Positions 52,401-60,000 of a stretch of 60,000 nucleotides of DNA are shown here, in pieces. The first letter of the stretch is position 1; each line of letters opens with the position of its first letter. The notes beneath the pieces were generated by a model. The model had not been told where the DNA came from. It did no database searches and was given only the letters and a program-made list of their open reading frames with translations. The stretch comes from Lama glama (taxonomy: Eukaryota): the NCBI GenBank assembly GCA_028534125.1, contig CM052818.1:36458001-36518000 (forward strand), written 5' to 3'. The translations under genes and the position numbers were made by a program.

Positions 52401-52840
52401 TATTTCTTTGAGTCTCTGCTTTCAATTCTTTTGTATATGTACCTAGAAGAGGAATTGCTGGATCATACATGGTAATTCTATTTTTAATTGTTTGATGAAA
52501 CACCCTACTGTTTATAATCATGGTCACACGATTTTACATTTTCACCGGCAGTGCACAAAGTTTCTAATTTCTCCCCATCCTCACCAACACTTGTTGTTTT
52601 GTTTTTGTTTTGTTGTTGTTGTTGCTGAGTGTGTGTGTGTGTGTGTGTGTGTTGGATGGCAGCCATCTTAATGGGTGTAAAGTGGTTTACATTTAATGTA
52701 ATTATTGATGTGTTTGGATTTAACTCTGTCATATTATTATATGTTTTCTGTCTGTCCTCTGTTTTTTATACCTCTATATTTCCCCCTTCTTGGAGTCTTT
52801 TGGATTATTTAAACATGTTTAATATTCTTTTTCAATGTAT
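49435..52840 (-). mobile_element. Nested antisense L1 complex: old ORF2 EN region with L1 3' ends inserted at ~50690-51795 and 51919-52685
   Basis: EN peptide KGSMHQEDITILNVYTTNNRGSRYKKQKLTELKG; two L1 3'UTRs; exact 18-bp TSD tttacatttaatgtaatt (51901-51918, 52686-52703). Confidence 0.85.
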
Positions 52841-52844
52841 CTAT

Positions 52845-53329
52845 TGTAAAAGGGGCTTTGCAGATATGATTACGGATTATGAAATGGGGAAATTATCCTG
52901 GATTATCTGACTGGGCCCAGTGTAATCACATGGGCACTTATAAGAGGGAGGTGGTAAGATCAGAGTCGGAAAGAGATATGCTGACAGAAGCAGAGGTTGG
53001 AGTGATATGCTTTGAAGGCAGAGGAAGCGGGGCTGAGCCAAGGTATGCAAGCAGCCCCTAGAAGCTAGAAAAGGCAAAAAAAAAAAAAAAAAAAAAGGCT
53101 TTCCTAGAGCTCCAGGAAGGAAGACAGTTCTGTTGACACCTGATTTTGGCCCATAAGACCCATTTTAGACTTCTCACCTCCAGAATCATAAGATAATACA
53201 TTTGTGTTGTCCTAAGCCACTAAAACATAGTAATTTTTGAAAAATTGAAGTATAGTCAATTTATAATGTTGTGTTAATTTCTGTTTAAAATGCAGTAATT
53301 TTTTACAGCAGCCATAGGAAACTAATACA
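52845..53329 (+). mobile_element. MLT1 (C/D-like) LTR with an expanded internal poly(A)
   Basis: ctttgcagatatgatta...attatcctggattatc...ctagaagctagaaaaggc...cagcagccataggaaactaataca. Confidence 0.85.
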
Positions 53330-56300
53330 ACTCTCCATATGGGCCAATCTAGCAAGACATGGGGGTGGTCTCCATCATGGTTTGGATCTCACAGCTCTTG
53401 CTCTGTTGACCCTGGTCAGTTCTATGCATGTGCAACTCAGGATCTCATTCAGTAATTTAAAGGGCTTGATTCTCCAGCCCCCTACTCTGTGATCTTCTCT
53501 CACACTGTCAGTTTCCCAAGAACCCCCTCTCCTGGTTGTCTTTCTAGAAAGGTAGAAAAGAATCTTCAGGGTTACACCTGTTTTCACTGTCACTACTACC
53601 ATGAGGAGGCAGATTCATTACTGGGGCTCACCTGGGTTTGGGTCTGGAGGGTGTAGGGAGAGCATTTTTCTTCTGGGATTCTGGCTGCCCTAGAATATAA
53701 GTTGGGGGATATAGGCAATAAAAGACAAACTAGGGAACTCACCACTTTGTGGGTCATTGTTTGAATTTTGAGTTTCCTACTGAGTTCACATGCTTTATTT
53801 AGTTTTCAGAGCCCTTGGCAATTGATTATATTGCTTTATGTCTGCTGTCCAGGACTTTTAGTTGTAATCAGTGGGAGAGAGAGAGTGTAGTATGCTTACT
53901 CAGTCCTATCCAGAACCAGGAGTTTCTTCATTTATTTAGTTACTTAAAAAAATTTCCTGCCTTTTTCCCTGTTCTATTTGTCTTAAGGCATTATCTGTTT
54001 TTTATTAACTCTTATGTTCTTTCTACTTTAGTGTACATTTCTAACATGATTGTTTTTCTAATTCTTTCTGAGTTATTTCACATCCTTTGTGAGTTTTTCT
54101 AATTCTGGCTTAAATTGTTCTTTCATTCTTCCATTACTATTTTTGTCCTTTTGCTTGTTTTGAAATAGTAGGTTATAGTTTTCACGTTTGTGTGGGCATG
54201 TTTTTCTGGAGGGCCTTTATTGCTCGAAGGGGTAGCTTTCTTTAAAGTTTTTCCTTGTAATATATTTATCTGGGATTTTCCCTCAACCCTTTTATTCCTC
54301 ATATTTATATGAAATTACTTTCCTTGAACTTTTACAAGGACGCCTGAATTTTATGGCTCTAGAGCTCTCTCTCCTGTTATTTTTGTGAAGTGTTTGTAAG
54401 TATATGACTGCTTATTTTCCGAAATCTCCTTACTTTGTTCCCTTCCAGAACTTTTATCTGAATTCTTCTTTTGTCCCTCTGCTGTCCAGTTTAGATTCTG
54501 TCCCTAGTAGTTTGGTCTTACTACGGTGCTTGGTCCTGAAATGGGGCCTTGGCAGATTAGCTTTGCTAATTCACAAGGCTCGTACTTATCACAGAACTAG
54601 AAGGTACAGGATGCTTCTGCGTCAGGTGCTCTGAGGAACCCCCTCACGCCCCACCTACCTGAGCTTTTTCTGTGGCAGAGGGGTGGTTCTTACTTTCATT
54701 AGATGCCAATAACTGTCCTCTTCTTTTGTTCTCACACGTGTACCACAGTCTCATAGGGGTTAGTGGTTTGATCCAACTCGCTTGGGATTTGGAGTCTGGC
54801 GATTCCTTGTTATTTAGTTTTGTTTTAGATATTATCCTCGAGTCTTTATATGTTTCAGCCTGGTTTCTCTGTTTTTAATGGTCAATTCAGGAAGATTTAA
54901 AAAACTGTACTGTCACTTGCCACCATCCTCTGCATTAGTTATTTTGATGAAAAGGTGTGCTTTTCTGATAAGAGTGATTGAGGGGTTCTAAGTAAGAAAT
55001 TTAAGGAGAAGTGGTGAAGGTTTAGAAGTCACTGATGGAAAGAGAGAAGGGAGCGCTCCAGGAACAGATGTGAATAAGGTAAGGGCACAGGTGAGGGCTG
55101 GGGACGTGTATTATAGTGGTGCCAGCCTGTGTGAATGTGGGTTTCTCCCCCTTGCAGGTATCTCCCCAAATGAAACCTCAGCGGAGGCTGATAGTTGGAT
55201 AGGACTATAATTAGGATTGTTGGTCCAACTGAAGGACCAGAATGTTAGAGAGTTGAGATAACTTTTGAGAGAAGAATTCCATTCCTGGGTATAAATGGAA
55301 ATAAAACCAGAGTGGGGTTACTAAATTGGAAGACAATGGAAAGGATCTGGGGACTGAATGTCTGTATAAAACCAAAGAGCAAATCGATGAGAGGAGCCAT
55401 GTGAATGTACTGGTTGGAGACTTTGGGCAGAGCATAGAGTTTGAGATTTCTTAGGTAGAACAGGTTTTTTTAAAAGGTCCAATGTCAGGTACAGTTTAAT
55501 ATATTTGATCTCTGATAAGTTATTAAATGCTCCGGGATTTCTGGTTTTGCAAATGGTAAATCAGTAAGCTTTGCTCCAAAATTGTATATTGTCACAGGAA
55601 CTTGAGAGCCACCAGCAAAATGACAGGCTTAAGAAACTATGGAACTATTAATAATAATAAAAAAAAAAACAAACACGAATTGCCTGAGTCATATGTCTAC
55701 AGCTCTCTACACAGACTACAGAGCTTTTCTAACGTTCTCATTATGACAACAAAGCAAAATTAATTTTGATAGGAGATAGCATTATTTCTAAACATTCTGT
55801 ATAGTTTCTTTGCTTATAGCTTAAAGTTCCTTGAGAAAGTGTTGGAAATTAATTACAAATTTCTATTTTAGCATTTTAATAAGTGCGAAGTATTTTAACA
55901 AGACTTTGCAAACAGAATGTCCTTTTAAAAAAGAAATGTGACAATCCTCAAGTAACATTATACTTAATATGTTTCTGAAATAAAAGTTATTTGTAGTGGG
56001 AAGTCTCAAATTACTTCACATATTTAAAGGAAACATCAGTAAGCTCTCAGTTCTGTAGTTTATGACAGTTTAAAAAAGAAATTTCTTTAATAAGATTGTT
56101 TTAAATGGAATTTGTAGCAGAGAAAGGAGTAATTGCCTATCACACTGTAAGAAATTAGTTTCACATCTTTGGAATGTTTCTTTACACTTAATTTCCACAT
56201 TGTTTGAGCTTAAATGTATATCTATAGAGACAAAAAAGCAAAAGATCATCAAAAACTTTTCTTTTCCAGATATGCTCAAGATTTTATAGCAGGAATTGGA

Positions 56301-57129
56301 TGAATCTTTGTCTCACTATTACCACAAATGGTAATCTAAACAGATATTAGAATATTTTTATGTCTTAATATATTCTAATAATAATACTGGAATTAATGTG
56401 AAAGTTTTTGAATTTTAAACATTGATGGGACAAGTGATTAATTCCTCTGTTATGTGTTGCAGCTTACGTGTTGAGAAGATTGTCATGTTCTTCAAGATTA
56501 ATAAAGTACAAAATGCCCAAGAGTCTTTTCCAGAAATTATCAGGTCACACTTTGGCAACTATCATTGGAAATGTGGGTTGAGTATTATAGTTGTTGTGTA
56601 GAATGGTTGTTTTGCCATTATTTCACTTTTTCAGTTGTTTTTCTTTTAATATATATGTTGCAGTATAGGGGATGCTGAAGTCTTTTTGGAACTTAGAAAA
56701 TTGCAGTGAAGCTTATTTGCTGTAGTCAGAAAAAGGATTTTGTTAACTTCAAAGAACACTGATCTTATTCCTTTGCTATCATATAAAAATGTATCAATTT
56801 TTCCTTCAGTATTTTGAGAATTCTAAATTTCCTTCTGAATATTTCACAATATTACCTTTCCTTTCTGATGTGCTTCTTTCAAAGATGAGGGGTAGAACGT
56901 ACTGACCCTAGAATCCCATGTAACTGTTTGAACTTGGGTCATAAGTTAGAAGAGAAGAAACGTTTTCTAGATTTGGGGGGTGGGGATAATTTGTGGTCAA
57001 ATAAGTTCAGAAAACACTACTTTGTGTATTCACTTCAGTAAAATTGGAATGATTGTTAGTCTGTTTTTGACACAGAAGTTCAAATTTAACCTTGTTTCCC
57101 AGCATTTCCCAAATTCATTTAATCTCAAA

Positions 57130-57620
57130 ACCTTGTATACAGTTGTTTATAGCAGCATTATTCTTAGTGGTTAGAATGAGGAAGGAACCCAAATGTCCAT
57201 CAACTGAAGAATTAAACAAAATGTATCTCATTCAATGGAATATTATTTGGCCATAAAAAGGAATGAAGTGCTGGTAAGTACTCCAGCAGGGGTGAATCTT
57301 GAGAACACTATGGTACGTGAAAGAAGCCAGAAACAAAAGACCACATATCCTGTAATACGATTTGTATGAAATGTCCTAATAGGTAAATCCATAGAAACAG
57401 GAAGTAGATTTGTGGTTGCCATGTGCTGGGTTGAGGGAAATAGAGAATGATTGCTAATGAATATTGGTTTCTTTTTGAGATGATGAAAGTGTTCTGCAGT
57501 TAGATAATGGTGGTTGCTCAACCCTGTGAATATTCTAAAGACCACTGAGTTGTGCTCTTAAAGTGTCAATTTTATCATATGTGATATGTCAATAAAGCTG
57601 TTATTTAAAAAAATAACATA
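57130..57620 (+). mobile_element. L1M 3' end
   Basis: aacccaaatgtccatcaactg...aaaaggaatgaagt...tcaataaagctgttatttaaaaaa. Confidence 0.82.
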
Positions 57621-59631
57621 AAAAAGAGGCTGTAGCAACAACGAAGGAGGAGTGATAAGGCCTGAAAATAGGGCAGTGGCTATAGAGAGGTACTGGAGAA
57701 TGTTGGGGGTGAACTGAAGAGCTTCAGAGACTGATTTTTACTAGCAGGAACTCAAAGGTCCCAGGGCCAAAGCCCTGAGGAGATAGCGCAGATGGGTCCC
57801 GGTGTGCACAGGTTTGCACTAGCAGTGGCTAGCTTCTCCAAGAATGGCCGAATTCTTTACATGCAGTAAGTAAAAACCCTTTAACAAAAAGTTGCTTCTT
57901 TAGTCATCTGTAGACAACAGGGATAACTAGAGCAGTGCACAAAATTGTGACCTTGCCTTTATACTTTTCATAACTCAAAACATTTTTCATGCTGCCAATA
58001 GAGTTTGAGTAATTTGGCTGCCACTGCTCATCAGGGTGAGGTGCCCTGTAAGGGAGGATAAGAGGACGTGGCCCTTGCCTGCAAAGATCATAGTCTTATT
58101 GACCTAGTGTGATCCGCTCAAAGGCTGTGCTCATCTTTCATGAGGAAAGAACCCAAGTGGCCCGCCAAGTGTTGACACAGAGAGCAGCAGAGCACATGGA
58201 TTATAAATCCGGGAAGGTGAACACAGATTTTTGGATGGTTTAATTTTTGCCATCATGTGGAAAAGGCAGACTTCTTGGAATTGGGTCCTCATTTCAGTCA
58301 GCTCTTTGACCCAGGTGGGAAAATTAACCTTCTACCTCCTTGGGTGCCAAGGTCATGGCATGCCCTTTGGAACTGAGGATGGTGCAGCCAGTGCTCATGC
58401 TGTTCTCCCCCTTTTCCTTTACTCTCCCTGACCAGGGTTGTGGTCAGCAAGAACTCCTTAGGAGCTCATTGCAGAGTGAAGGCTTGCAGGAGGAAGCAGC
58501 AATATCTTAGTCAGTGGACTCTTTCCTTCTGCCAGACCCAAGTTTCCCGTGTAAAGCCAAAGCCTTCAGTGGAGGAAGCCAGTGTGTTATTGAGACTCTC
58601 ACCAGGCATTTCAAAAATTCCTTCTAAAGAGGACTGTGTCTAACACAGAGCTGAATGTCTATCATATTCACAGGTTTTTCTGTTTTCTTAACACAGATTT
58701 CTGAGGTAGCTCGGGGAGGAAGAGGGAGGCTTCGTCTCGGAGCCATAAAAGCTGCACATCCCCAGGCAGTCTTGGAAAGGTGGTGTGCTGTAGCACAGCC
58801 TCTCTGGAGTCCCACTGAGTGGGATCTGAATTCTGATATGCCTTAGACTGACTGTCTGCTTCATGTGGTCTCGCCTGTGCAGCCAGGATAACCATCCTCT
58901 GCAGGGTTTGCTGAACAGTAAATGTGATAGTGTATGGAGAACACCTGGGGCGTAACTATTACTGCACAAGTCTTTTTTGAGATCTTTTTGAGATTGTTTC
59001 CTTTTAAAGAGTGAAGATGATGTCCTATGCCTTTTAGGGTAGTTGAGAGGATAAAATGAGACAATGCATGCAATTACATTATAAAATATATTATTGAGGT
59101 TTAATTAGAGAAGACCATCACAAGGATCTTGGTAACCTATTCCAGAGTTTTGCACTAATACATATATCCTTATGCTGAACTGGGATTTTTCCTTCTTTGT
59201 TATTATCCTTTTCATCTTTCTTGAACTTCCAAGAACACAGAGAAGTGTTGGTGTTCATTTGTTTCATATAAATCTTCATGCATTGAAAGATATAATCCAT
59301 TCACTCCTGGCCTTTAGGTTTAAAAAAAAAATCATGATTATTACTGGCAAACTATTATTTGTAATTGTTTGTTACATTATTCTGAACCTTTTCTAACTTC
59401 TCCATTGCTTATGGAGCCCAAGATAGGAATGATCTTTGAGAATTTCTCCAACTGAAATGTAGAGGAAAGGTTACTTTCTGTCCTTTGTTCCCCATTAAAA
59501 TATATATATATATGTATATCTTTATTATAAAAGTAATGTTACCACTTTACACATATTTTGGAGAAAAGAGAAAGAAAATTGCCCACAATTCCACCAGTTC
59601 AATTAATAGTTTTGTGACTGCACATCTGGTC

Positions 59632-59636
<5 letters not shown>

Positions 59637-59678
<42 letters not shown>
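59637..59678. repeat. (TA)21 microsatellite
   Basis: Direct reading. Confidence 0.93.
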
Positions 59679-59682
<4 letters not shown>

Positions 59683-60000
59683 CATATCTTTATATATAAC
59701 TTACATATCTTTATATACATATCTTATATAATCACAATCCTATACAAGTATAAATCCTCCTTTTCACTCCTCTTAAAATGTTTTGTGTATTGCTGCGTGT
59801 CTTTAGTGCCTGTCTTGTAGAATTATGAGGATTCAGTGCTTTAAGTGCTTAGCGTGGTGTCCAGTGTATTGTTAGTGTCAATAAATAGGGGCTAGTTATT
59901 ATGACTCTTTCCATAATTTGCACTGTTTTCTGATGGATGCCCAGAAGTGGATTTACTGGGTTAGGTATTCTAGGCTGTTGATACATGGCACCTGCCACAC

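Noticed and set aside
56345..56380. 11-bp inverted repeat tattagaatat/atattctaata
   Set aside because: Short and very AT-rich; expected by chance
58231..59073. Cluster of overlapping short ORFs
   Set aside because: Locally higher GC lowers stop frequency; no recognisable protein or coherent exon structure
1..60000. CRISPR arrays, prokaryotic systems, rRNA, CpG-island promoter
   Set aside because: Sequence is mammalian intron/exon DNA; no regularly spaced repeats or CpG island seen

Overview
AT-rich, CpG-depleted mammalian genomic DNA. A tRNA-Ala-derived Vic-1-like SINE and the style of the young L1 tails point to a camelid. The window holds the 3' part of ATAD2B on the + strand: nine coding exons (6725-38275) with canonical AG/GT boundaries and consistent phases. 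They encode the post-AAA linker, the bromodomain, a basic/acidic disordered region and the C-terminal domain ending ...EMERTVHMFETFL*. A ~3.4 kb 3'UTR follows, with a distal AATAAA at 41633. Introns and the downstream ~18 kb are mostly L1, L2, MIR, MLT/ERVL LTR, Tigger and hAT relics plus microsatellites; repeat boundaries were set by eye and are approximate. I found no convincing novel multi-gene system. The best leads are regulatory: a perfect 20-bp hairpin next to a CTCF-like motif, an in-frame alternative donor that deletes VDIEE from the bromodomain, two candidate poison microexons, a candidate alternative C-terminal exon hidden in the 3'UTR, a UG-repeat splice acceptor, and a miRNA seed cluster that proximal polyadenylation could remove.
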